Shown here piece by piece: positions 27,600 through 36,736 of a DNA stretch of 64,000 nucleotides. This DNA comes from an uncultured Anaerolineales bacterium (GTDB lineage Bacteria; Chloroflexota; Anaerolineae; Anaerolineales; UBA11858), in the NCBI GenBank assembly GCA_964457375.1, contig CAYWFK010000004.1:8499-72498 (forward strand), read 5' to 3'. Position numbers and translations under genes: made by a program. Positions within the stretch are counted from its first letter, which is position 1. Each line of letters opens with the position of its first letter. The notes beneath the pieces are model-generated. The model had not been told where the DNA came from. It searched no databases and saw nothing but the letters and a program-made list of their open reading frames with translations.

Positions 27600-28793
27600 T
27601 TAACCGGCAGTTGCCAGATTTTTCCCTGACGATTTCGCTGAATACAAGGCTTTATCCGCATTATCCAATAAATCGTGTTCCGTTCCATCCTCTCCGGTAT
27701 AAGTGGAATAGCCCAAAGCAATCGTCACGTACTGGCTTACCTGGCTGGCGCGATGCGGTATTGCCAGCGCTTCGACCTTTTTCCGCATCATCTGGGCAAC
27801 AACTTCCACACCACTCGAAGACGTATCCGGCATGATGACTGCAAACTCGTCTCCCCCATAGCGGGCGACGAAATCTCCCGGCCGCCTTGCTGTTTGCCGA
27901 AGCGTGTTGGCGACATCTTTCAGGCATTTATCACCGGCCAAATGCCCATACGTATCATTGTACAACTTGAAACAATTGATATCACAGATGACAACCGAAA
28001 GCGGACTTTTCTGGCGCTTGCTGCGCAGGAATTCACGATGAAGATATTCATCGAAATACGCACGATTATAAACCTGCGTCAACCCGTCGATATGCGTCTG
28101 GTCTTGCAATTTAGAAAATGCCATGTTCAGGCGTTTGCCTAACAGGAAAATTCCCGCCAGACCAATCAGACCGATACCCAAATGGCTGACAAGGATCGGA
28201 TAAGGAAAAAACGGCTTCCCCGGCATCGTTACGCTGATACCGCCGCGGATATCCCCCACCTGATACCCTTGCTTGGCATGACAAGCCAGACAATTCTCCT
28301 GAGTTAACAACGGCGCCATATACCTGAACAGATGCGATGGCTTGTCCCAGTAAAACACTTCTTTCTTGCCATCATCTTCGAATGCCGTAAGTGCCTGTTT
28401 CTCCCAGGGGGCTGGTGCATTCGCCGGCCGTATCGGATTCAAACTGGTGATATGAACATTCACATCATCGAATTTCTTTTCCAGTTCGGCAACTTGCCGT
28501 GTCATATAGGCAGGGTTGATCTTCGTCAGTTTCCTGCCGTCCGGCAAGTCAATATCCCTGTCAGGCAAATCCAGATAAGGGTTTGGCTGCGTACGAGCAC
28601 TTACCGGCGCATAAACCCCGTTGGAGTCAGCATTCCAGGCACGCATCGTTACCATCAGCCGAAAGAACGAGCGGGCACTGGTCAAATGCGTTTCTCTCCA
28701 TGTTGCCATTTCCTGATAAATATTCCAGCTTGCTGAAAGAGCAATCAACAAACTCCATGCAAGAGAAATTAAAAGGAGATAACGCTTTCTCAT
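27600..28793 (-). CDS. diguanylate cyclase with periplasmic heme-c (DUF3365/Tll0287-like) sensor domain
   Basis: Signal/TM, then a periplasmic domain containing CLACH (CxxCH), a second TM, and a GGDEF domain. RYGGDEF is present with an intact RxxD I-site (RPGD) 5 aa upstream. Confidence 0.9.
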   Translation of the reverse strand: MRKRYLLLISLAWSLLIALSASWNIYQEMATWRETHLTSARSFFRLMVTMRAWNADSNGVYAPVSARTQPNPYLDLPDRDIDLPDGRKLTKINPAYMTRQVAELEKKFDDVNVHITSLNPIRPANAPAPWEKQALTAFEDDGKKEVFYWDKPSHLFRYMAPLLTQENCLACHAKQGYQVGDIRGGISVTMPGKPFFPYPILVSHLGIGLIGLAGIFLLGKRLNMAFSKLQDQTHIDGLTQVYNRAYFDEYLHREFLRSKRQKSPLSVVICDINCFKLYNDTYGHLAGDKCLKDVANTLRQTARRPGDFVARYGGDEFAVIMPDTSSSGVEVVAQMMRKKVEALAIPHRASQVSQYVTIALGYSTYTGEDGTEHDLLDNADKALYSAKSSGKNLATAG

Positions 28794-29032
28794 GGTTTCT
28801 TCTCAATCATCATTGTGGGATTCGCATGCCAGCGTATCGATGAGCGCAACATTGCCGGGAAAAACAAAGAAGTATTATAGCCTATTTTCAGCCGTGTGGG
28901 ACGGATTGCCCGGTGATAAATTGCCGGAAAGCAAAAACAACAGTGTCCTGCCGGTTTTACGGAACGCCTTACCGCATTGTCTTTGTCTGCCAAGCCGCTT
29001 GCTTTCCCCCGTTGGAAACCCTCCGGATGCAG

Positions 29033-29602
29033 TTACTCGTCTTCCAGCGTCTCCCCTTTGGCAAAAAAGTACCCTTTGATGAATGCCCGCGCTTCGTCGG
29101 CGCGCGGGTATGCCGTTTTCAGGGTTTCCCAAAACGCTTTGCTGTGGTCCGGATAAAGCCTGTGCGTCATTTCATGGGCAATGACATAATCCAGCACCCA
29201 ATCGGGAAAACCGGCAATCTTTGCAGAAATGCGGATATGCCCGTCTGTCGTTCCCCCGCTGGTGCAGGAACCGAGGCGGCTGTTCATGTTGTTCACCCAG
29301 CGGATTGCCTGCCACCGGATTTTCCCCCTGAAATATTTTCGGTTGATTTTTTCCGCCCGCTTTTGAAGATCCGCGTCCGTCCTTCCGGTCTTCCTGCGGG
29401 TCAACTTTTCCAGCTCATCTTCCAAATGCCGGAGAATTTCAGAATAATACCGCCTGGACAAGCGATAAGGGACGCGAACCAAAATCTCATCATCTTTCCG
29501 AAGCTGGTAACGGGTGGTCTTCTTCAGCCGCTTGTCCTTGCGGAAGATCACCCGGTAGGTTCTTCCCTGCTTGTCTCGAATCGTATAATCCCGTTCGAAC
29601 AT
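29033..29602 (-). CDS. DUF45/YgjP-like (M48/WLM-like) zinc metallopeptidase
   Basis: VIAHEMTHRLYPDHSKAFW contains the HExxH motif. The ATG overlaps the TGA of the upstream ATPase gene (TGATG). Confidence 0.8.
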   Translation of the reverse strand: MFERDYTIRDKQGRTYRVIFRKDKRLKKTTRYQLRKDDEILVRVPYRLSRRYYSEILRHLEDELEKLTRRKTGRTDADLQKRAEKINRKYFRGKIRWQAIRWVNNMNSRLGSCTSGGTTDGHIRISAKIAGFPDWVLDYVIAHEMTHRLYPDHSKAFWETLKTAYPRADEARAFIKGYFFAKGETLEDE

Positions 29603-32133
29603 CAACGTCCGCCGGCACCCGCCCTGAAACCCGGAACTTCGCGTGTGCGGCCTTCCGTTTCGACAAGATAATACGGGAACCAGGCAACCCCGAAAAGGTC
29701 CAGATAAATATCCTTTTTATAGGGCTGGACGGGAATTTCCTCTTCATCGTCCGCAATCTCGCGCCACTTTGCCTTGATTTCATCGATGCGCTCAGCCATT
29801 TCCTTTTCCAGCGCTTCGATTTGCTTTTTGTAATCATCGATTGCATCGATGGATTCATCCACATCCGCCTTGGCTTTTTCTGTCATCCGGTGTTTGGAAA
29901 GCGAAGAAGAAATGCTGCGCCGTCGTTTTCCAAGAAGGAAGCTGAGTACATTCTCGGCATGTGTTCCGTATTCTTCCATTTTTCGCTGTGAAAATTCGCT
30001 CTCATCTTCCCGCAGCTCTCTTTCCTCGCGTGCCAGCCGTTCCCGCAGGGTTTTAAGCTTGCGGTTGTACGTCCGTTCGACTTTGTCGGCTTCCTTTTCG
30101 AGGCCCCCGCGTGCAGCCTCGCTGCACCGCTTGCGAAAATCCGCCTGCGAAACCTCGGGACCGGCATAAACTTTCAAGGCTGTATTCGCCCGTACACGTA
30201 CCTCCGCATTGCGATACACCCAATCCGTGAAATCTTTTTGCAGCGAACGAAGCGTAACCGCATCGTTCAGGGGAGCATCCAGAGAAGCAAAAACCGCATT
30301 CGGAGCAGGCTGCCTGTCAAGGCTGCGAACATCAATCGGGTCATACAGCCAATCTTCCCAATTGACAACCCCGCGCCTGTCTGTTTCCTCGACCAGCACG
30401 GTGCGGATATCTTCCATATCCAGGTCATACTTTCGTTGCAGGTAACGGATATTCGCCTGGCAAAGCAAAACAGGGCGGTAAATCAGGCGGTTTTGCTTGA
30501 TGTCATCGGGCAGCGGGTGTCTTTCCGTCTTGGCTGCTTCCGAAAGCGTAAGGTTGTTCGGCAGAAAATACTCTTCCACCTTCGCCGGAACAGGCGGTTT
30601 CGTCCCCGACCCCAACGCGGCATCCCCTTTGCGGCGGGCGCTCTTCCGGGCGGACGCCCGTCCGCCGGCAGCTGCGGATGTCGCTGAAGCTTCGTGCCCG
30701 CCGGCGTCTTTTCCTTCTGCGGCTACCTGCGGTGATGCACCGGCTAACGCATTCAGCGCCGGAATCTGCACGCGGGTCAGCGGCCCGGCAAGATAGTTCA
30801 TTGCCCAGCGTGTATGAAAGACTCTGGCACCTTTATCATGCACATTATGTGCAAGAAAAACGCGCTTCCCAAGCCCTGAAATCAGTTTGTCATACCCTCG
30901 CCGGTCGATACCGGGGTCTGCGCCTTGCAGACCGTCCAGCAAGCGCTCCTTGTCCCGGTCGGTCTGGAGTTTGCCGACGAACCATGTGCCCGCGTTGGAA
31001 AGCGCTTTATAATCCACATCCACGGGATTCTGGGTCACCAGCACCTGCCCGACGCCAAAGGCACGAGCCTGCTTGAGCATGCGAAGCATCAATGGCTTCG
31101 AAGGCGGATTTTGCACCGGCGGCAAATAGCCGAAAATTTCATCGAAATAAACAATCGCCCGCAAATTAGTCGTCCCCTTCTGAATTCGCATCCATGATTC
31201 GATGGCAGAATAAAGCAAGGTAACGAAAAACATTCGCTCTGCATCTGTCAAATGGGCAATATAAAACACACTATGCCTCGGTTTCCCGTCCGGAGTATAT
31301 AACAGGCTGGGAATATCCAAAGGCTGCCCTTCTATCCAGGTCTGAAACGATGGTGCAGCAATGATATTGTTTAGCAGCATAGCCAACTCGAAGCGGTCTT
31401 TTTCAGGGAAGAATGTATCGACATCGAATACACCCAGCTTGGGAAAAGGCGGTGTTTGCGTTTGCAAAATCAATTCTCCCAAATCCAGGTCTTTTCCCCT
31501 GCTCCACGCATGCTCGAAAATATTACTTACCAGAATATGTTCACGCGAACGCACCGGATCGATATCATCCACCCCGACCAATCCAAGCAAGGCGGTCACC
31601 GTCCCGGAAATCTTTTCCCGCAGCAATTCCTTGTTTCGCTCCCAGGATAGTTTCGGCGCCTTGAGGTTGGCAAGAATACTCACCGGAATACCCGCATCGG
31701 AACCCGGCGTATACACTGCAAATTGCACTTTTTCCTGCAAAGCACGAATACGTTTGCCATCGATTCCCCACTTTGCCAGCCCCTTCTTCCACAAGCCGGC
31801 TGTATCGCTTGCCGCCTCTTCGATACTCTTTCCGTCCTGACGGGCAACATCCGGGTTGACCCAGGGCTGAAAATCCGACGGCAGTAAATCCGGGAAATGC
31901 AAAAGTGCATTGGTAATATCCCCCTTGGGGTCGATCATCAATGCAGGAATTTGATTCAGGGCAGCTTCTTCAAGCAAGTCGATACACAACCCCGTTTTTC
32001 CTGAACCAGTCATTCCCACGACAACCGCGTGGGTCGTTAAATCATCCGGGTCATAGAGATATGCATCGGAAGTAATCTCGTTCTTTTTTTGGTCAATAAT
32101 CCGGCCAAGATAAAAATCGCCGTTTGTTTGCAT
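29602..32133 (-). CDS. HerA/FtsK-superfamily P-loop ATPase (DUF87/DUF853-like) with long coiled-coil C-terminal extension
   Basis: Walker A GMTGSGKTG, DPKGD, Walker B-like IVYFDEIF and VTQNPVDVD occur in the same order as in YjgR/HerA-type ATPases. The C-terminal roughly 370 aa hold an Ala/Gly/Arg linker and a Glu/Lys/Arg-rich coiled coil. Start at ATG 32133 behind AGGAGTGAAGG. Confidence 0.8.
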   Translation of the reverse strand: MQTNGDFYLGRIIDQKKNEITSDAYLYDPDDLTTHAVVVGMTGSGKTGLCIDLLEEAALNQIPALMIDPKGDITNALLHFPDLLPSDFQPWVNPDVARQDGKSIEEAASDTAGLWKKGLAKWGIDGKRIRALQEKVQFAVYTPGSDAGIPVSILANLKAPKLSWERNKELLREKISGTVTALLGLVGVDDIDPVRSREHILVSNIFEHAWSRGKDLDLGELILQTQTPPFPKLGVFDVDTFFPEKDRFELAMLLNNIIAAPSFQTWIEGQPLDIPSLLYTPDGKPRHSVFYIAHLTDAERMFFVTLLYSAIESWMRIQKGTTNLRAIVYFDEIFGYLPPVQNPPSKPLMLRMLKQARAFGVGQVLVTQNPVDVDYKALSNAGTWFVGKLQTDRDKERLLDGLQGADPGIDRRGYDKLISGLGKRVFLAHNVHDKGARVFHTRWAMNYLAGPLTRVQIPALNALAGASPQVAAEGKDAGGHEASATSAAAGGRASARKSARRKGDAALGSGTKPPVPAKVEEYFLPNNLTLSEAAKTERHPLPDDIKQNRLIYRPVLLCQANIRYLQRKYDLDMEDIRTVLVEETDRRGVVNWEDWLYDPIDVRSLDRQPAPNAVFASLDAPLNDAVTLRSLQKDFTDWVYRNAEVRVRANTALKVYAGPEVSQADFRKRCSEAARGGLEKEADKVERTYNRKLKTLRERLAREERELREDESEFSQRKMEEYGTHAENVLSFLLGKRRRSISSSLSKHRMTEKAKADVDESIDAIDDYKKQIEALEKEMAERIDEIKAKWREIADDEEEIPVQPYKKDIYLDLFGVAWFPYYLVETEGRTREVPGFRAGAGGR

Positions 32134-32269
32134 GCCTTCACTCCTGAATTGAAACGTATTTGTCCTCACCTATTCTACCTAATTTTATCAAATTTGAGAC
32201 AGTAATACACCCCGGAAAATCAAACCCGCAGAACCGCGCTTGCCCGCATGAATACCCATTCACTTCGAT

Positions 32270-32306
32270 AGAGAAAAGGCCGTATTCATCGACGATGAAT
32301 ACGGCC
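32270..32306 (-). terminator. rho-independent terminator of the DegV gene
   Basis: GGCCGTATTCATCG-a-CGATGAATACGGCC is a 14-bp stem followed on the minus strand by TTTTCTCT. Confidence 0.8.
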
Positions 32307-32334
32307 GGAAGATCACCTGATTTCAAAAAGTTGG

Positions 32335-33195
32335 CTAAAGCCCTTCCATCAAGCGCATCGGCAAGACGGAGACGCCAACAATCCCGGGACCGGTATGCAC
32401 GCCAAGTACCGGCGAAATACGAATTGTTTCAAGCTTTTCAATATTCAACCGTTCCTGCATCAACCTGGCAAGCTGATTTGCCTGTTTCTCGAACTTTCCA
32501 TGCAAAACAGAAACCCAGAGCGGTTCATCCTGCCCGTATAACTCCACTACATGGTCGGCAAGGCTGTTCAGTGCGCGCTTGATGGTACGCACCTTCCCAA
32601 CGGTGCTATACTTTCCATCCCCTCTGTCCACATGAATCAACGGTTTAAGGTTCAAGAGTGAGCTGGCCAGCGCCGACACCCGTCCGATCCTGCCCCCGCG
32701 AGCCAGATAAACCAGCGTATCCAGCGTATAAACCACTTCTGTATTGCGCTGAATGGCAGCCAGCCGCTCGATAATATCCGGAAGTTTCCAGTTGGCTTTT
32801 GCCGCACGGGCAGCAGCAAGCACCTGAAAGCGCAAACCGCCCGAAAGGGTCAGACTATCCACAATGTGCACCAGGTTGCTCGCCAGCTGCTTCGCCCCCA
32901 GACGGGCTGAATTGATCGTCCCGCTCAGACCGGATGAAAGATGAATGACCAGCGCTTCATCGCCTTTTTCCACTGCCTTCCGAAAGATTTCTGCAAACAT
33001 CCCTGAAGACGGCTGAGCAGTTGTCGGAATCTCCGGCTGCATCGCTTCGAGACGGTCGTAGAAAGCATCCGGCGTAATATCCAGTGCATTCACTTGTTCT
33101 TCGGGGAAGTTTATGTACAACGGGGCAACAGTTATGTCAAGTTCCTTGATTTCTTCTGGCGACAAATCAGCCGCACAATCGGTAATGATTTTCAT
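32335..33195 (-). CDS. DegV family fatty-acid-binding protein
   Basis: MKIITDCAADLSPEE..I.V.PL is a typical DegV N-terminus. Start at ATG 33195 behind GGAGGA. Confidence 0.9.
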   Translation of the reverse strand: MKIITDCAADLSPEEIKELDITVAPLYINFPEEQVNALDITPDAFYDRLEAMQPEIPTTAQPSSGMFAEIFRKAVEKGDEALVIHLSSGLSGTINSARLGAKQLASNLVHIVDSLTLSGGLRFQVLAAARAAKANWKLPDIIERLAAIQRNTEVVYTLDTLVYLARGGRIGRVSALASSLLNLKPLIHVDRGDGKYSTVGKVRTIKRALNSLADHVVELYGQDEPLWVSVLHGKFEKQANQLARLMQERLNIEKLETIRISPVLGVHTGPGIVGVSVLPMRLMEGL

Positions 33196-33492
33196 TTCCT
33201 TTTTCCTCCAAATCATCGCTTTCGTTTATGGCAACAGACAAGCAGAAGAATGCTTTGTTTTTTCAGCACAGGGTACTATCCAATGCAAGAAAAGTCATCG
33301 AGCACGATGTATTAGCATGGGCTGATTACAGCAAATTCACCAGACAAATCCTTCCCCCACCGGCGGCAATAACTGCGCCACTTACCGAGCATAACTTCTT
33401 GTTAATCGTTCCCTTCGATGTTAATTAAACCATCATCTGCCGTTTCATACAATCCCACAATTCATGTTCTCATTTTCAATTCATTCCTTAAA

Positions 33493-33524
33493 TAAAAAAA
33501 CAGGATGCATATTTCGACATCCTG
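33493..33524 (-). terminator. probable terminator of 33567..34229
   Basis: On the minus strand, a CAGGATG/CATCCTG 7-bp stem with a 10-nt loop is followed by T7. Confidence 0.5.
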
Positions 33525-33566
33525 CGTTGCGGTCGGCGCACCATAGTTGCCAAGTATCATTCCCGC

Positions 33567-34229
33567 TTACAATATTTTCTCCAACGGCAGCACAGGCAGT
33601 TTGCCGCGTCTCATCTTTTGCAGGCGCAGCACCTCATCCTGCAAGAACTTCGCCAGGCGCCTGTATCTGTCTTCCTTGGCATAGGCAGAACCCCTGAACT
33701 TTTCAATCAACTTCTGACTGATAGCAATATACAATTCAAGCGGATCCGCTTCGATGAGCCGCTTCTCATACTCGCGCTCATTTTCGATCCACGCAGCCTT
33801 TCGTTCGGCGAGGATGATTTCGATTTCATCGATCAAAAGCCGGTGCGATTCGATGATACGGGTAATCTCATAAATCGGAGCCGGGGATACCAACTCGCAA
33901 TAGATATAGTCCTCATGTTTCTCGATATTCAGTTTTCCCCCAAAAGTTAACGCATATTCCCGCATCCCTTCATGGCTTAGTATCTTCACCTTTCCGGCAA
34001 CCACATGATAGGATTTCTTTTCACCTAACGGCGCAAAGAGTTTGATTTCATCCACGCCGCCAAGGCTGGATTCCACCGTCAACTCCATCGTCTTCGGATT
34101 GAAATCGAGACCAATCGGTTCTTCTGTCAAATAAACATCCAGTTGGAAAGCGCCGCCAGGCTGGTCATAATTCGGATAATGATATAAAAAGCCCCAAACC
34201 GGATAATCATTGTGTTGTTTCAAATCCAT
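33567..34229 (-). CDS. hypothetical protein (beta-rich N-domain plus helical C-domain)
   Basis: 220 aa with a strong SD (AGGAGGTG), its own terminator, and no signal peptide. No family recognised. Confidence 0.6.
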   Translation of the reverse strand: MDLKQHNDYPVWGFLYHYPNYDQPGGAFQLDVYLTEEPIGLDFNPKTMELTVESSLGGVDEIKLFAPLGEKKSYHVVAGKVKILSHEGMREYALTFGGKLNIEKHEDYIYCELVSPAPIYEITRIIESHRLLIDEIEIILAERKAAWIENEREYEKRLIEADPLELYIAISQKLIEKFRGSAYAKEDRYRRLAKFLQDEVLRLQKMRRGKLPVLPLEKIL

Positions 34230-34646
34230 ATCACACCTCCTGTTTTTCAGGTTGATTATATCCCAATCTCACTTTGGCGGTAAACAATCCCCGATGCCAC
34301 AACCGGTTTCCAGTGCTCATTGTACCCAGCCAGCCAATGGATAGTCAGAAAGATTTCGTTTCGCAAACGACTAGATGGAACAATAGCATGGTTTCATAAC
34401 CGGCAGCAATCGAACGGGTTTGCAGCTCTGCCGCTCGACCGCACCCCCTGCACCGGCGGGTCTACATCTCTGGTTCGGGAATCGGGAATCGCATTGAGTA
34501 CAAGTCAAACAAGACTTGCGTCGTTCTCCCCCATCACCTGCATAAGCACCACAAGGCAAACCGTTCGCCAATGTCGTCTTTCAATCTGCCGCCGTCACGC
34601 CGGCCTGCACCCGCCTTTTCGTCAGGCTATCTGCGCTTTCCGGCGC

Positions 34647-35873
34647 TCAATCAAAAGGGAAATTGAACGAGATTTTCGAACGCAGCCGCGCGCGAACCTT
34701 TGGCGCAGCCACCAACACCTGATGATAAGCTTCCTGATAAGCACGGGTCGTCTTGTTGAAATTATGCTTGCCGGCAATTTGCTGGCTGACTTTCCCCATC
34801 GCCTGCCACTGGCTCTTCCGGCTGATGATATTTCTTATCGCTGCGGCCAAAGAACTTCTTTCACCGGCCTTGAAAAGGTAGCCGTTTTCGCCCGGTTTGA
34901 CAAGTTCATGCAAAGCGCATTTGTCAGCAGCCAAAACAGGCAGTCCGCTTGCCATGGCTTCCAGCGTCGCAATACTTTGCAGCTCCGCCTCACTCGGCAT
35001 AACGAAAACATCGGCACTATTGAGCATCATCGGCAAATCATCCGCCGATAAATATCCGGTAAAGACAACTTTATCCCCCAGCCCAAGCTGCATTGCAAGC
35101 CGTTGAAGCGGTTTGAGGTGCAGCCCTTTGCCAACAATCACCAGCTGGCAAGCATCGTCAGGCAAATCCGCCATGGCTTCCAGAAGCAAATCAAGCCGCT
35201 TCTCATGGTCTACGCGCCCGACAAAAATAAACAACGGTTTTTCAGGAGCAAGCCCGAATTTTCTGCGCCAGGCTTTTCTGTCCAAATCCGGACGCGGCTG
35301 GAAGCGGGAAATATCGACCCCGCAGGAAATCGGAATCACAGCCGGTTTCACCAGCTGATCCCTCAATATTTGCGCGGCTGTGGGCGTCGGTGTAGTAATC
35401 AAATCAAGCTGGTCGAAAACCAGTCGCCACGATTTCCACAACACCCACGTGCCAAACTTCATCGGAACCCACGGAACGGGCAGGTTATCCAAAATGTTCT
35501 CGGGAAGAAAATGATTCGTTCCGATAACCGGTATATGCTGTTTGTGCGCAGCACGCTGCACCAGCCACGAAAGCGAATAATGGTCCTGAATGTGCACGAT
35601 ATCCGGACGAAACTGTTTGATTACATTGGATACCTGACGCAACGAAGTCAGGATGAAACGCACTTCCGGATACCAGGGGCTCAATGAAAACGCGGGTAAA
35701 TAATGCAAGGTTACTCGGTTGACTGTTTTCTTTTCTGCATGCCACGAATAAGATGGCATGAGCACTTCGACTTCGTTTTTTTCATTCGCCAGCCCTTCCG
35801 CCAGCCGGGTTGTAAAAACTGCCTGCCCGTTAGCGTCGGGTGCGTAAGTTTGTGAGGAAATTAGAATACGCAT
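34647..35873 (-). CDS. glycosyltransferase family 4 (GT-B)
   Basis: MRILISSQTYAPDANGQAVF at the N-terminus and a C-terminal EAMASGLPVLA / E(x7)E-type region. Confidence 0.85.
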   Translation of the reverse strand: MRILISSQTYAPDANGQAVFTTRLAEGLANEKNEVEVLMPSYSWHAEKKTVNRVTLHYLPAFSLSPWYPEVRFILTSLRQVSNVIKQFRPDIVHIQDHYSLSWLVQRAAHKQHIPVIGTNHFLPENILDNLPVPWVPMKFGTWVLWKSWRLVFDQLDLITTPTPTAAQILRDQLVKPAVIPISCGVDISRFQPRPDLDRKAWRRKFGLAPEKPLFIFVGRVDHEKRLDLLLEAMADLPDDACQLVIVGKGLHLKPLQRLAMQLGLGDKVVFTGYLSADDLPMMLNSADVFVMPSEAELQSIATLEAMASGLPVLAADKCALHELVKPGENGYLFKAGERSSLAAAIRNIISRKSQWQAMGKVSQQIAGKHNFNKTTRAYQEAYHQVLVAAPKVRARLRSKISFNFPFD

Positions 35874-35897
35874 GGTAGATTGGTTCTTCCTTTTATA

Positions 35898-36491
35898 CTA
35901 GTTATCTTCATGCTGAATGTCGTCATCGACAAAATGACGCTTCCCAATCCGTTTGACAAAAACCATCAATATCAATAAGAATACGATACTGCCAAGAATC
36001 GTGACGACCTGAATCCCCTTTTCCAGCCGTTCCAGCCACTGGCCGAGATACACCCCCGCCAGCACCAAACTGCCAGACCACAAAATCTCGGCACCCAGCA
36101 AAACAAGAATTGTCTTCCGCCATGAAATACGAGTCAATCCCGCAACAATCAAAGCCGGTATCGAAAAGCTGAGGGTGAGTTTGGCAGCCAGAAGAATCTT
36201 CAAAGCATGCTGATGCATTTTTCTCTTTGCCTGCTCAAGCATCGATTCATCGACCCCGACTTTTTCCACCCAATGCAAAATCCGTGCTTCATGCCCCCAG
36301 CGCCCCAGGTAATACCAAAACGAATCCGCCATCAGATTGCTTCCGGCTGCAACCAGAAACACTGCAAGCGGTTTAAGTCTGCCTGAACCTGCGGCAGTCG
36401 CACCAATGAGCGTCGCGGTAGGTCCCTCGACAAATACCATTGTAGCGAAGATTACATAATTCCAAACGCCTAATGCCTTAATGACATCCAT
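35898..36491 (-). CDS. DedA/VTT-domain membrane protein
   Basis: 197 aa and multi-TM. FVEGPTATLIGATAAG...AGSNLMADSFWYYLGR resembles the DedA signature. It lies 24 nt upstream of the GT4 gene. Confidence 0.75.
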   Translation of the reverse strand: MDVIKALGVWNYVIFATMVFVEGPTATLIGATAAGSGRLKPLAVFLVAAGSNLMADSFWYYLGRWGHEARILHWVEKVGVDESMLEQAKRKMHQHALKILLAAKLTLSFSIPALIVAGLTRISWRKTILVLLGAEILWSGSLVLAGVYLGQWLERLEKGIQVVTILGSIVFLLILMVFVKRIGKRHFVDDDIQHEDN

Positions 36492-36661
36492 GAGTTCTGT
36501 TTTTCGATCTTGAACGGTTATCTTTTCTGCTGCCGTTGATGATGATCATCAGCAATGAAAGCCAAACCCTCAGTTGTTGTTCATGCTTTCAAACGCTGCA
36601 TCCGTCGTTATCCAGCACCGGAAGCAATCGGCATGAACGATCTTGTTCTCCTAGGATAAAA

Positions 36662-36688
36662 AAAAGTGTGTTCCGAAAAACCACTTTT
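36662..36688 (-). terminator. possible weak terminator downstream of comEC
   Basis: An AAAAGTG/CACTTTT stem is followed on the minus strand by a T8 run. The stem is AT-rich and weak. Confidence 0.35.
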
Positions 36689-36736
36689 CGCTTTTTCTTT
36701 ATACTACGAAATGCTTAGAATTAAATTAGAGTGTAC

